A DNA stretch of 64,000 nucleotides from Heptranchias perlo (taxonomy: Eukaryota). Position numbers and translations under genes: made by a program. A model generated the notes under the pieces. The model worked only from the letters and a program-made list of their open reading frames with translations, searched no databases and was not told where the DNA came from. Shown here one piece after another: positions 38,309 through 51,700 of the stretch. The number at the start of each line of letters is the position of its first letter. Positions within the stretch are counted from its first letter, which is position 1. The DNA lies in the NCBI RefSeq assembly GCF_035084215.1, contig NC_090352.1, positions 8,370,001 to 8,434,000 of the forward strand, read 5' to 3'.

Positions 38309-40639
38309 ATCTATGACCAAAGTTGGAGCTGTAATATGAAAGGGCATTAGAATATGGGTGAGATTTGTTAAAGATGTGAATGGCATTTATTAGCAGATCA
38401 CTAATGTGTGCAACAGCAAATTCTCACTTTTAGATGAGAGCCTCTTTCCCTTAGAAATTTTTTTTTTAAATTCAGCAATCTTTAGGATAATATGGTTTTG
38501 ATTACAAGTGTTTTGGAATGTCTTTATTGATTACCAGTATGGTAAATAAGTGGATCGCAAAGTAAAAAGTCATATGATTGCAATTACAGGATCTACCTTA
38601 TCCACACCCCACTCTGACTTCGGTCATCCCATTCCTGTTGGTCTTATTGGCTATTCCTCTGTCTACCAGTAAACTTACTGCTCCCCATTTCTTTCTAGAG
38701 GCTGTCTTACTTTTTTATGAATTAGATCCTGGAGCCGCACGTTTCTATTGGCATTTAACACCGGCCCCACTTTAAGAACATTGGAGGCTGATTTATAAAG
38801 ACTGGGACCTGTTTATCTACATGAGCAGAGCCAGGCCTCCATCAAACAAACAATTTGCTATTTTAATTTTTAAAAAATCTCCCCATATGGCATATTTTAG
38901 AGAAGAGTTGGAAAATTCCCCACAACATATGAACATGCTTTGACAATGAGGCTCAACTCCCCTTTCTCTAAATTTTACAGTAGATGGACGAGAAGTATTT
39001 CTGGAGATTCAAGTATCAATTTCACTCTTGTTCCCTGCCTATTATTTTTGTCTTGGTTGATTTCTTGAAATTAGTTTTTTTAAAATTCATGCGTTTAAAG
39101 TAAGTTTGAATTTGACTCCCTAAGATTAGACATGTTCAGAAGGAAAGTGAAGTAAGGTTAGCATCCAGTCATTAATAATGCATTCACTTGTCTTTTTATA
39201 AACAAAATTAAGAGTGAATACAATTTTGCATTACCGGAATCAGAATTTTATGAGCATGTTAGGCAACATTTTGTTATTTTTATATTAAAACAAACAGCAA
39301 TAAGATAGTTTATTAATTTTTCAGAAGCATCATTTTCAATTTCACAAACATGATGAATAATTAAGTGGCAGCACTAAAACAGCAATAGTCAGGCCCTGCA
39401 TTACCACCGACCATTGTTCTGTAATTTGTTGAATTCTAATTAGCGGCCATAGTTAAATGGCCCTGAAATGTCATGTCAAGATATTTAACACTCATGTTGC
39501 ACTAAATGTGCAGGAAGTTTAAAAACAATGGTAATATACAACTGAGGTGGAATGTTAAACTATCTCGAAGAAAGCCCTCAAGCTACAGATACTATAATTG
39601 GCTAGAAGTGCCATCTTGGTAAGAACTAGAATTGTGCATCAACTCCTTATAAATAACCACCTTAATTTGCATAATCAAAATTTACTTTTTAATATATATA
39701 CAGTTTTAGTTTCCTTATCCAGAAATTGGTTTATTTATACAGAATCTATTTCTCTTATCATACACAGTTGCCCACTTCTGACTATTAATAATTAAAATCT
39801 TTCAAAATTAATATCGCCCTCACAATTTTAAAATGCATTAGTTACTTATTAAAGGAAGATAAATAGCTAGCTTCCAGGCCAAACAAATATATGAATTTAT
39901 TTTATATGAATACTGTTAGAACTACTAAATATATACACAGCTGAGAAGTGCAGTGCTTTTTAAAAGCTTAAAAATACTGTAATTCCATCTGGGGTATAAG
40001 TAGGAAACTGATTAATTATGTAATAAATTATTTAAGATGTTGTCCAGACTTTGACTTCAGAAGAATTATTCCTTTCTGTTTTTCTGTTTGGTAGTGTCCT
40101 GAACTTATTTACATATATTCAGGAAATATGTTTTCTTTTACATTAATTTTAGAGGGATTTCCATGGCCATAATTGCATCTTATACGAAAATATGCAGGAG
40201 CACTGATGATAAAGTGTGCGCTTGACACTTGATCTCTTTTGCATATGTGATTAAAATATATCCAACAGGACAGAAAGGGCCGCAGTATTTCATAAAGCAT
40301 CTTTAAAAGGAGTACTCTTTGCCTTGTTAGATTGTGTCCATCACATTTTAAAAAGCAGGGTAGCAAGCTCACATTATGATGCAAAAACAACTCTGAAGAC
40401 AATTGGTGAAGGATAACAGGGTTGTATCTGTGACCATCTCAATCTTGAACTTTCATGCCAGAAGTTTATTTATCTATAGGATGCTCTTCTTCCCATTCTG
40501 CCAATGTTAATACATCACAGACTAGTTAATGGTTAAGCTGTTGTTCTACATGTTAGCTTGTTTCTCCATTGGTGGCCATGATGGGCCTTGGGTACATCTA
40601 TTGCAGAATATATTCATTAAGTGAAATAGTCTGAAAGAA

Positions 40640-41190
40640 AAAAAATGCATTTGTAGAGCACCTTATCATGTCCTCAGGATGTCCCCAGAGCATTTCACAA
40701 TCAATTAATTACTTTTGGAATGCAGCCACTATTATATAGGCAAATGAAGCAGCCATTTTGCACACAGCAAAATCCCAAAATCTTCAATCAAATGAATGAT
40801 CACTTACGTAGTTTTATATAGTTACATAGTATTTACAGCACAGAAACAGGCCATTTGGCCCAACAGGCCTATGCCGGTGTTTATGCTCCACACGAGCCTC
40901 CTCCTACCTTATTTCATCTCACTCTACCAACATATCATTGATGTTTTTAGTGGTTTTGGTTGAGGAAGGAATATCGTCTAGGACACTGGGAGAACTCCTC
41001 ACTTCACATAGTGCTACAGGATGTTTTACATCCACCTGAACAGGCGGGTGGGGCCTAACATCTATTCTGAAAGCTGACACCTCCTATAGTACAGTGCTCT
41101 TTTATAGTACTGTGTGCTGAACTGCCAAACTCCGATTATGTGCCCGAGTCTTGGAGTGGGCTTGAACCCAAAAACTGAGCCGAGCTGATG
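40640..41190 (-). mobile_element. DeuSINE-like SINE containing a CR1 tail (~40810-40935)
   Basis: SINE motifs flank acagcacagaaacaggccatttggcccaac. Confidence 0.65.
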
Positions 41191-41369
41191 GTATAAGCTT
41201 CTGAGATATCATTCTAATTTGAAGAATGCTATATAAATATAAGCTGTTTGTTGTTGCAGCTCATTCATATAAAGTTACACACCAACTAAGAATGGGAAGT
41301 TAACTAGCTTTTTGCAGTGTTTTATTTTAAACCATTTTAACATTACATATTTGTGTCACAATTACCCTT

Positions 41370-42580
41370 TTCCTGTTCAAAAAAGGGGAGAGGGTTAAAC
41401 CCGGCAATTTCAGGCCAGTCAGCCAAATGCCGGTGGTGGGAAACTTTGAGACAATAATCCGGGACAGAATTAATTGGCACTTGGAAAAGTATGAGCTAAT
41501 GAATGAAAGTCAGCACGGATTTGCTAAAGGAAAATAGTGTTTGACTAACTTGATTGAGTTCTTTGATAAAGTAACGGAGAGGGTTGATGAGGGTAGTGTG
41601 ATTGATGTGTATGTGGACTTTCAAAAAGCATTTGAATAATAGACTTGTTAGGAAAATTAAAGCCCAAGGGATTAAAGGGACAGTGGCAGCGTGGATACAA
41701 AATTGGCTAGGGGACAGAAAGCAGAGAGTAGTAGTGAATGGTTGTTTTTCAGACTGGAGGGAAGTATACAGTGGTGTTCCCCAGGGGTCAGTATTAGGAC
41801 CACTGCTCTTTTTGTTTTATATTAATGACCTGGATTTGCATATAGAGAGTATAATTTCCATGTTTGCAGATAACACAAAACTCTGAATGTAGTAAACAAT
41901 GTAAAGGATAGCAACAGACTTCAGGAGGACATAGACAGACTGGTGAAATGGGCAGACACATGGCAGATGAAATTTAACGCTGTGAAGTGATACATTTTGG
42001 TAGGAAGAATGAAGAGAGGCAATATAAACTAAATGGTACAATTTTAAAGGAGGTGCAGGAACAGAGTGACTTGGGCGTGCACATACACAGATTTTTGAAG
42101 GCGGCAGGACAAGTTGAGAAGGCTGTTAAAAAAAGAATAAGAACATAAGAAATAGAAGCAAGAGTAGGCCATATGCCCCCTTGTGCCTGCTCCGTCATTC
42201 AGTAAGATCATGGCTGATCTTCGACCTCAACTCCACTTTCCCGTCAAATCCCCATATCCCTTGATTTCCCCTAGAGTCCAAAAGTCTGTCTGTCTGTCTG
42301 TCTGTCAGTCGGTCCGTCCGTCCAACAGCTAGAAGCAACATGGGGAAACATTGTGTACACAGCGATTTGGTATGATCTGGAATGCACTGCCTGAAAGGGT
42401 GGTAGAAGCAGATGCAATAGTAACTTGCAAAAGGGAATTAGATAAATACTTGAAGGGAAAAAAATTGCAGGGCTATGGGGAAAGATCAGGGACATGGGAC
42501 TAATTGGATAGCTTTTTCAAAGAGCCAGCACAGCTACGATGGGCCGAATGGACGACTCCTCTGCTGTAGCTACTATGAAA
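41370..42580 (+). mobile_element. CR1 LINE with nested antisense CR1 tail (~42135-42285) and (TCTG)n
   Basis: RT motifs in ORF 41602; aagaacataagaaatagaagcaagagtaggcc inserted; internal deletion. Confidence 0.9.
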
Positions 42581-45255
42581 CTATAATGTATATGTGGAAT
42601 AAACCCCCAGTAAATCAGTTACTGCTGTGCTAATTCCAGCTCTCCCCCTTTCCCTGCCTCTTCTCCTTTTCCCCCCCACCTCCGCTTTCCCCTTAGTGGA
42701 GCTGCTGTGCATATTGGCCAAAAACTGAGTCATCCATTGAAGGTAGATGAGTTTGAACATTGGTGAAAATTGGTATTTAGATTCATTATGCTGTGGCTGG
42801 GAACTGAACTCCACTGTTCAGTCTTTCACTGCTCCATCTTCAGAACTTGCCTAAACTCTTGTTTAATCTGATGCGGCTTCAGTCTTTCTAAATCATTTAA
42901 ATGATATTTAAATGTTGAGGGGATATTGTCTGTGATGAATGAAGTCCAAACATCAGTTTCTCATTGCAAGGATTGTGTCAAAATCTTACTTGAGCCCTGA
43001 TTTTATCCGTTAAAGGAAAACTGGAAATCAGTCTAATTAAAGCCCGTGTCACCTTCCTTCATATTGATCTTTTATCATTGCAGAATTGTTAAAATTTAAA
43101 AAGTTATGTAACAATGGAAACACAATTTACTTGGAATGTTTTGAGGGGGACTGTCAATTTCAGGGAGTGTTCTTGTTCCAAGAGTCTTTTGAGGATCATG
43201 TTCTGGATTGCCAGTGTCTCTTACTGTTTAGCGCAATTTTGTTTTAACATTCTTGCCAGTAAATTGGTAGAGCTGAAGCCCAGCAACGCTGGCTTTGTAA
43301 GTTGGTTTTGTAGCCATACCATAGGTTAGTATTCTTCTCAATCCTGAATGTCAATCTGGAAGCATCAGTAAGAATTCTCTGCTGGTTGAATACTGCTATG
43401 TACCATCAGGCTAGCTTTTGAGGGGATTGAAAACTAAAATTTCTCGTCACAGGTTTTAATTTTTTGCATCCTCTTCCCCCTCTCTCCAACTCCCTGGCCC
43501 CAGCTCCCCCGTGGAAAAAAAACCCCCTGCCGACTACATGGAGTGAGTGCTTAATATTGAAAATATGCTTCTGTACAGCAATGTTCCTCTTTTATAAAAA
43601 GGAAAGGTCCAGTAATAAAATCCAAAAAGCAAAATGTGATGCTGTGATAAAAGCTTTCATATGTAATCACAGCAAGTTAACTTCTACGCCCAGATTAACC
43701 TTCCAGATTTGCTTGGCAGAGGAATGAATGTAGCTGGAAAACATGATCTAATGGCTCAATTTAGCAAAATTAAATTATTGCATTTTGAATCTGTTCAATA
43801 TGTACAATGAAATCCACATGTATGTAATTTAGATATATGGAGAGCGCACCAGGGCAGGCTGTGCATACAAAGTCTTGTCCTAATGAGTGAAGGAAGCTAA
43901 ATAATTGAGGAGTGAGGTGAAATCTGCAATCCAGTGAATGTTTTGACCATAAGTGTGGCGTGAAATATGATTGTAACAAAACAGAATTTTATATTTTAAG
44001 ATTTTGATTGGAGCCATTGGAAGTACTTTAACTTTCATTTCTTTGAAGCAGCATTCACTGTTTCTCAAGGCTTTTGTCTATCACTGCCATAGTGATTGAA
44101 GTTAGAAATTAGGGTCAGGTACACCACTAATAATTAATATTTTAATAACTTGCCATGATGCAGTTTAACCTTCTAGCTTCAACTCTTAGTCTTAATGTGG
44201 GAAAAATGCATTTCTGTACCTTACTGCTAAGTAATAGAGTTGCTCCTTGATTGAGTGTTTTTTAAAAAATCTTTTTTTATATCCCCACGATATTTACAGT
44301 ATTAATGAGTAACTGAGTTAGAAATTCAAACTAAGCCTCTGACAAATTTAAAAATATTTTTAGAGCTTTGGCTGGGGTTGTTCTGAAAACCAGGAAATAA
44401 ATCCTACTACTTGTAGCTGAATAAAATTTGCTAAATGAGAGGCCATTGGGTAACAAAAGTGCAAGATTTTTGTTTTGTTTATGCTCTTCGCTGAGTATTG
44501 TTATGGCCATTCATCATGTACCTTTACTCATCTGCCATGATTGTCTGCCCCATCTATGCACAATAGTATTTCACTTTAATAATAAGAGGTGGTGTTGGTA
44601 TAGGTGGATGCTGAAGTAGTACATCCTAAAGGAGAAACGAGTTAGTATATTCTCTAGATTTAAGCCTAAAGTGACTTTGACTTCATCCATGCCCTGAATG
44701 TTGATTAGACATCCCTCCAGCTCTTTGCCCATAACTTGTTCAACAAATATCTGATCTGGTTGCAGACCACCAAAAGTGCACCAATCTTTTTATCTTCATA
44801 TTGACAGGGTTTCTTGTGCGGGCAAACTTGACTCTGTACAGTACACAACTAAAATGTCAATTGGTTATTGGATATAGCTAATAATTTTTGAGAAAGCTGG
44901 GCTGTATTGCAATTGTCAGACTGGGTAAGATCATTCAGCTCTAGAAGATCAAGTTTGGCTTCAGGGATGAATGTATATGGAGTACGATAGATGATAGCGC
45001 TCATAGCCTACAAGCTGAGTTGTCACTATAACTGTTAATTTCTTCATTTAGTAAATGACAGAAGTGGAATTCACACAATGCGATTTGCCCAGTGATGAAT
45101 TTCAGAAGCTTTCTATCCACTATCCAAAATATGTTTTATTACAGATCTTTGGCTAATTCCGTGATGTGTAATTTATTTTATGTAAGCAGTGCTGCATAAT
45201 TTAGCAAAGTGAATGAGTTGCATAAAAGTATCTAATTACATTTCCTTTTCTTTAG

Positions 45256-45294
45256 CTAAGGGGAGGAAAGGATGACAAACTTCAAAAGAGAAAG
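45256..45294 (+). CDS. FBXL19: 39-nt microexon LRGGKDDKLQKRK (phase 0-0)
   Basis: Polypyrimidine tract tttccttttctttag, donor AAG|gtaggc; peptide resembles KDM2B LKPGKEDKLFRKK and FBXL19 VKGGRERHLKK (recalled); preserves frame. Confidence 0.8.
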
Positions 45295-46479
45295 GTAGGC
45301 AATGCTGTTGACTTTTTAAAAATACATAAAAAGCTTTGGTTTGATTGTCTCCATTAAAATAATAAAGAAGTTTGTGAAATATTTGTGTAGCAGTAGAGAG
45401 TTGATGTTAAAATAGATTGGTGCCTTTTATAACCTTTTTAAGATTATAATAGCTTGTTTAGTTTTAAAGGAGCTCAAATAAATACTGAAATACACTTCTA
45501 ACTCCAAAGGCCAGTTGCTGTACAAGCTCTGAATGACTTGACACACTCTACTCTTGAGTAACCTTTATACCAGATATTCTTTTAAGTTGTGTGTTTGTGG
45601 CTATCTTAATACAGCAAAAGTACTTGGGTGGTCATATAATTTAATAAGGTGTAGCAACACACAGATTGCATCTGGATTTGTTTAGGTTGTTCTTAAATCC
45701 CGAATACAAAGAGTTTCTGTCCTAGCTAGCAGTGAGTTACGGTAAGTGTTTCCATAAATGAAATTGATCTGATAACTTATGAGTGCAAAGTTATCTCATA
45801 ATCAGCCTTATGAATAGAGAGAATTATCTGATCTTGCTGCTGACCACCATCTATTTTTTAAAATCTTTTCTCTAATTTTCTAGCCTCCCCTCCTGAAGGC
45901 ACTAACTCTGTTGCTGGGGTACAGTTTGATGGCCTCTGGGTGTGTGTTGTGCGTGTGTGTGGCTATTTCACCATAGTTGGCATTACAGCAGATACCAATC
46001 CGCAGGGGTCTCCGGATTGCAATCAAGACCGGGAGCCCTAGCTTTTTTGTCGCCACCCTAGCCCAGGCACAACTGTAGCCCCCACCTGAAATCAGCTATT
46101 GTATCACAGTATAAGAATGTACCTGGTGACCTTCTGCTTTGTATGGCTTAGTGCTACACCGGACTACAAATGTACCCATTAGGCTATTGAGGGGGGGAGG
46201 AGGAGCTATCAGGATCTATTTATATTGGAAGTCTATAATAATGTTTTTTTTCCTGAAGAGCGTAGAAGATTACAAAAGAGAAAACCATTAACAATGTGTA
46301 GGAGGGTATTGCATGTCTATTAGGGTGTTTATAGGAGCAAGTCAGTTTTTCTTTGTACACCTTCTTGAGATGTGAGGCTGATTTTGTGTTGGTCAATAGT
46401 TCTTGTGCCCAACATGCCAAAAGCAATATCCATGTTGCTCCTGCTATTTGGTGACTTACCATTACCTGGGCATGGAATT

Positions 46480-47350
46480 AACTAGGATCAAGTACACTGG
46501 TTGAGTTATGCCTCCATTTGTTTTTGGATCACTTACCAGAATTGCTGGAGAGATGTTGGCCTTTGAGCATTCACACAATCCATGAGATAATGATAAAGCC
46601 ACTCTATTGGGTTTAAATCTGGAGAATGGGTAGGCAATTCCAGCACACTGACCTGTTTCTTCTTTAGGAAATCCTTCACAAGCAGTGATGTATGTTTCAG
46701 GTCCTTACCATGCTGGAATGTGTAGCACCTTTCCAACAACAGCTGGGATCTTGCTGGCCGTACAGGAATGTTCTCCCAGATGTACCTGTGCATAATTGCA
46801 GTCAATGAAATGAAATTTCTTAATACACAGAAGTCGTCATCCACTCCAGAAGATGAGGGGCTAGTTCCTGACCTTGTGGACTGTAGTAAATGCGGGTCAC
46901 AATCATTATTGGAGAAGAACAGGTACTTTTTGGATTAATCTGACCATAGGATGCTTTGCTGGAAATTTATGAATTTTTTTTTTTAAAACAGAATTTCTAG
47001 CAAATGCAAGTCTATCCTTGAGGTTCTCGACACCTGTTTCTGGCTACCTATGATGCAACTGACCCAAACAGGGCACTTTTTTGCAGCCTGGGTATGATAT
47101 CAGCTCTACCACTCTCCCGTATCTGCTCAGTAACCCGGAGTCCTGACATCCAACTCTCTCTTCCTTGACCATGCAGTGTGCAGTTCATTTAATATCATTA
47201 TTTCTGAATTGGCTGGATTTGTGCAGGAATTGTGGTGATGCCACGTTTCTTCCATTGGTAGACTAGTTCATGCCTAGTCCAGATGTTGTATGCTGAGAAT
47301 GGCCATGTTAGGACATTGCTTCCATACCTCAATCAGCGTTCTTTTTGAAT
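46480..47350 (-). pseudogene. Decayed Tc1/mariner transposase
   Basis: FQHGKDLKHTS...LPTHSPDLNPIE in ORF 46533 (DD34E region); upstream on the minus strand ILWSD*SK at ~46952-46929 (first catalytic D, followed by a stop). Confidence 0.8.
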
Positions 47351-48481
47351 TTTTTTTGTTTGTTTTGAGTTAATGCAGGAGTTGGTGACGTAACTAATTT
47401 TTATTAATCTGGAGGGAATCCAAGGATATCCTACGAAGATGCTTATGGCTGTTGTCTTCTGTACAGAATCCATATGACTTTTAAGTAGAACTGCAGTGTA
47501 TAAAAGCCACTGTAGTAAATATTGCAGAAGCACTTAAATTGGGTTGTGTGTGGAGCAATTTGCGCTCAATTTAACAAATCTTAATGTTGCTGCCTAATTG
47601 TTTTGTGATACACTCCAGTTAATTTGGCAGGAAGCATCATTAATGTTAACCTACTTATCTGATCTTAGTTAACATAGAATTTGTAGGGCAATGCATTTTA
47701 CATCTGAAATTAACCTGAAATTACACTTTATATATAAAATAATACATGCTGTTGCAGTCCATTTGACATCCATATCTAAGAGTTGACTTGCAACAAAGAT
47801 GGTTGGATTATTTAGCTATGGCTGCTATCGATCAGCTGAATAATGAACATAATTGAGCTTTTTTCTCTGTACTGGTTTATGTTTATGCATTGTAGCCATT
47901 GAAATAAATACTGGTGTCCTGTTATTCCTTACAAAACATTGTTTATGACTCTTAGATTTTAAAAAAGTGTGCTAAATGCCTTTTTAGTGTACAGCCTTTA
48001 TTTTACCATAACCTAAGTATGACTTGCAAATTCAGCTTTCGAGAGAAGGAAATCAGTAAATTTTCTATAGTATGTATAATATTTTGTGCTCAACAAATCA
48101 CTCCAATAATGTTCACAAAGGATCCTAACTGATCTGTAATCTGTAGCAATTTGAATGTATACTTTTGTTCCATGCCGGCTTTTAGTTTTGTAAAATAAAC
48201 TATTTTGTCCCATTGGAATGTGTAGAAATATAACATTGCAGTAAGCCACAAAACTCTGTCTTCTTGACTGTGTTGCTTTGGCATTATATAATTCTATAAT
48301 TGTACATTCATTTTTGCTTTTATGGCATTTTTGTTTGCATGCTATAAAGCAAGGTCCACTTTTTTTAAAAAATGCAAGTTTAAGTCAAATTTTTTTCTAT
48401 TTCTGTGGTATCTAAATTTGAAATAGTTTGAGCAATGTAGCTAGGTATTAAATAAAAATTAAAAAAAGTTGGAAACAATGA

Positions 48482-49026
48482 GGAAGGTAGGGTTAACGTC
48501 TTTTCTGATGACCTTTCATCAGAAAAAAAAGACTTGCAGTTATATAGTGCCTTTCGTGACCTCTGGACATCCTAAAGAGCTTTACAGCCACTGAAGTACT
48601 TTTGAAGTGTACTCACTGTTGTAATGTAGGAAATGCAGCAGCTAATTTGTGTATAGCAAGATCCCACAAATAGCAATGTGATAGTGACCAGGTAATTTGT
48701 TTTACAGTGGGATCTTTTGCGTCCACCTGAGAAGGTAGACAGGGCCTTGGTTTAATGTCTCATCCGAAAGGTGCAGCACTTCCTCAGTACTGTACTTAAG
48801 TGTTAGCCTAGATTTTTGTGCTCAAGTCTTTGGAGTGGAACTTGAACCAAAACATTCTGATTCAGAGGCGAGTGTGCCACTACTGAGCCACGGCTAACCC
48901 AAGGTCATCAACCTGAAACATTAACCCTGCCTTCCTCTCTCTGCAGATGCTGCCTGACCTCCTGAATATTTCCAGCATTTTCTGTTTTTATTTCAGATTT
49001 CCAGCATCTGCAGCATTTTGCTTTTT
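48482..49026. mobile_element. Penelope-like inverted termini (family B) interrupted by a DeuSINE-like SINE (48525-48898, minus)
   Basis: Left gggttaacgt...gatgacctttcatcag; right aaggtcatcaacctgaaacattaaccc...cagcatctgcagcattttg; a full SINE lies between. Confidence 0.65.
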
Positions 49027-49184
49027 GTAGCAAAGTATTAACGTAACTTTGTTTAAAGTATCATTTTGTTCTGCTTGGTCTACAGTTATGCAGATCAATC
49101 AAGCAAAATGTTGTATAACAAACATATTAAAATTATAATAAGATCATTATAGTTCTATACTATAATGAAATACTTCTATCTCCC

Positions 49185-51700
49185 TCTGACAAACAGTCAG
49201 AGGGAGATAGAGCAAATAAGGAGGCAAATTTCTGAGAAGTGCAAAAACTATAGGGTAGTAATAGGGGATTTCAACTACCCTGATATTAACTGGGATACAA
49301 TCAGTGCAAAAGGTATAGAGGGCGCAGAATTCTTAAATTGCATTCAGGAGAACTATTTTAGCCAGTACGTACTAAGCCCAACAAGAGGGGGGCAGTTCTG
49401 GAATTAGTTTTAGGCAGGTGGAAGGCATATCAGTTGGAGAGCATTTTGGTGGTAGTGATCATAATTCAGTTAGATTTAGCATTGTTATGGAAAAGGACAG
49501 AGATAGAACAAGAGTAAAAGTTCTAAATTGGGGAAGGCCAATTTTACTAAGCTGAGAAGTGATTTAGCAAAAGTGGACTGGAAACAGCTACTTTCAAGGT
49601 AAATCAGTGTCAGAGCAGTGGGAGTCATTCAAGGGGGAGACTCGAGGGGTTCAGAGTAAACATGTTCCCACAAAGAAAAAGGGTGGGACTACCAAATCTA
49701 GAGCCCCCTGGATGACTAGGGGCATACGGGGTAAGATAAGGCAAAAAAGGGAAGCTTATGTCAGACACCAAGAGTTCAATACTGCAGAAAGCTTAAAGGA
49801 GTGTGGAAAGTGCAGAGGTGAAATTAAAAAGGAAATTAGGAAAGCAAAGAGAGGGCATGAAAAAATACTGGCAAGGAAAACCCAAAAATGTTTTATAAAT
49901 ACATAAAGAGCAAGTGGATAACTAAGGAAAGAGTAGGGCCTATTGGAGACCAAAAAGGTAACCTATGTGGAGGTGGAATATGTGGTTCTTACTGAATACT
50001 TTGCGTCTGTCTTCACAAAAGAGGGGGATGATGCAGAGATTGTGGTTAAGGAGGAGGAGTGTGAAATATTGGATGGGATAAACAGTGAGAGAAGAAATAT
50101 TAAGGGCTCTAGCATCTTTGAAAGTTGAAAAGTCGCCAGGCCCGGATGAAATGTATCCCAGGCTGCTAAGAGAAGCGAGGGAGGAAATAGCGGAGGTTCT
50201 TGCCATCATTTTCCAATCCTCCCGGGCTACAGGCGTAGTGCAAGAGGATTGGAGGACTGCTAACATTGTACCGTTGTTTAAAAAGTGAGAAAGAGATAGA
50301 CTGAGTAATTATAGGCCAGTCAGTCTAACCTTGATGATGGGCAAATTATTGGAATCGATTCTAAAGGACAGCATAAATCATAATTTAGAAGGGCACAGGT
50401 TAATCAAGGACAGTCAGCATGGATTTGTTAAGGGAAGGTCTTGTTTGACTAACTTGATTGAATTTTTTGAGCAGGTAACAAGGAGGGTCAATGAGGGGAA
50501 CACGTTTGATGTAGTGTACATGGATTTTAGCAAGGCTTTTAACGAGGTCCCACATGGCAGACTGGTCAAGAAAGTAAAAGCCCATGGGATCCGAGGGAAA
50601 GTGGCTAGTTGGATCCAAAATTGGCTCAGTGGCAGGAAGCAAAGGGTAATGGTTTACGGGTGTTTTTGCGACTGGAAGGCTGTTTCCAATGGGGTCCCGC
50701 AAGGCTCAGTACTAGGTCCCTTGCTTTTTGTGGTATATTTTAATGATTTGGACTTGAATGTGGGGGGGCCTGATCAAGAAGTTTGCAGATGATACAAAAA
50801 TTGGCTGTGTGGTTGATAGTGAGGAAGAAAGCTGTAGACTGCAGTAAGATATCAGTGAACTGGTCAGGTGGGCAGAAAAGTGGCAAATGGAATTCAATCC
50901 AGAGAAGTGTGAGTAATGCATTTGGGAGGGCAAACAAGGCAAGGGAATACACAATAAATGGGAGGATACTGAGAGGTATAGAGGAACAAAAGGATCTTGG
51001 AATATATGTCTAGATCCCTGAAGGTAGCGTGACTGGTAGATAAGGTGGTTAAAAAGGCATACAGGATACTTTCCTTTATTAATCGGGGCATAGAATATAA
51101 GAGCAGGGAGGTTATGCTAGAACTGTATAAAACTTTGGTTAGGCCACAGCTTGAATACTGCGTACAGTTCTGGTCACCACATTACAGGAAAGATGTGATT
51201 GCACTAGAGAGGGTACAGAGGAGATTTACGATGATGTTACCAGGACTGGAGAATTTTAGCTATGAGGAAAGATTGGATAGTCTGAGGTTGTTTTCTTTGG
51301 AACAAAGGAGGCTGAGAGGAGATTTAATTGAGGTGTATAAAATTATGACAGGACTTGATCGAGTGGCTAGGGAGGACCTATTTCCCTTAGCAGAGGGGTC
51401 AGTGAGCATGGGGCATAGATTTAAAGTAATTGGTAGAAGGATTAGAGGGGAGCTGAGGAGAATTTTTTTCACCGAGGGTGGTGAGGGTCTGGAACTCACT
51501 GCCTGAAAGGGAGGTAGAGGCAGAAACCCTCAACTCCTTTAAAAAGTGCTTGGATGAGCACTTGATGTGCCGTAACCTACAGGGCTATGGACCAAGTCCT
51601 GGAATGTGGAATTAAGCTAGATAGCTCTTTTTTGGCTGGCACGGACACGATGGGCCAAATGGCCTCCTTCTGTGCCATAACTTTGGATGATTCTATGATC
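49185..51700 (+). mobile_element. CR1 LINE, long decayed copy (endonuclease end plus RT)
   Basis: IGDFNYPDINW, KSPGPDEMYPRLL, QHGFVKGRSCLTNL, GVPQGSVLGP, RPQLEYCVQFWSP; many frameshifts; ttctatga tail. Confidence 0.93.

Noticed and set aside
42932-43000. C/D-box snoRNA-like spacing (GTGATGA ... CTGA)
   Set aside because: Weak terminal stem and no rRNA/snRNA complement I can recognise; such boxes arise by chance.
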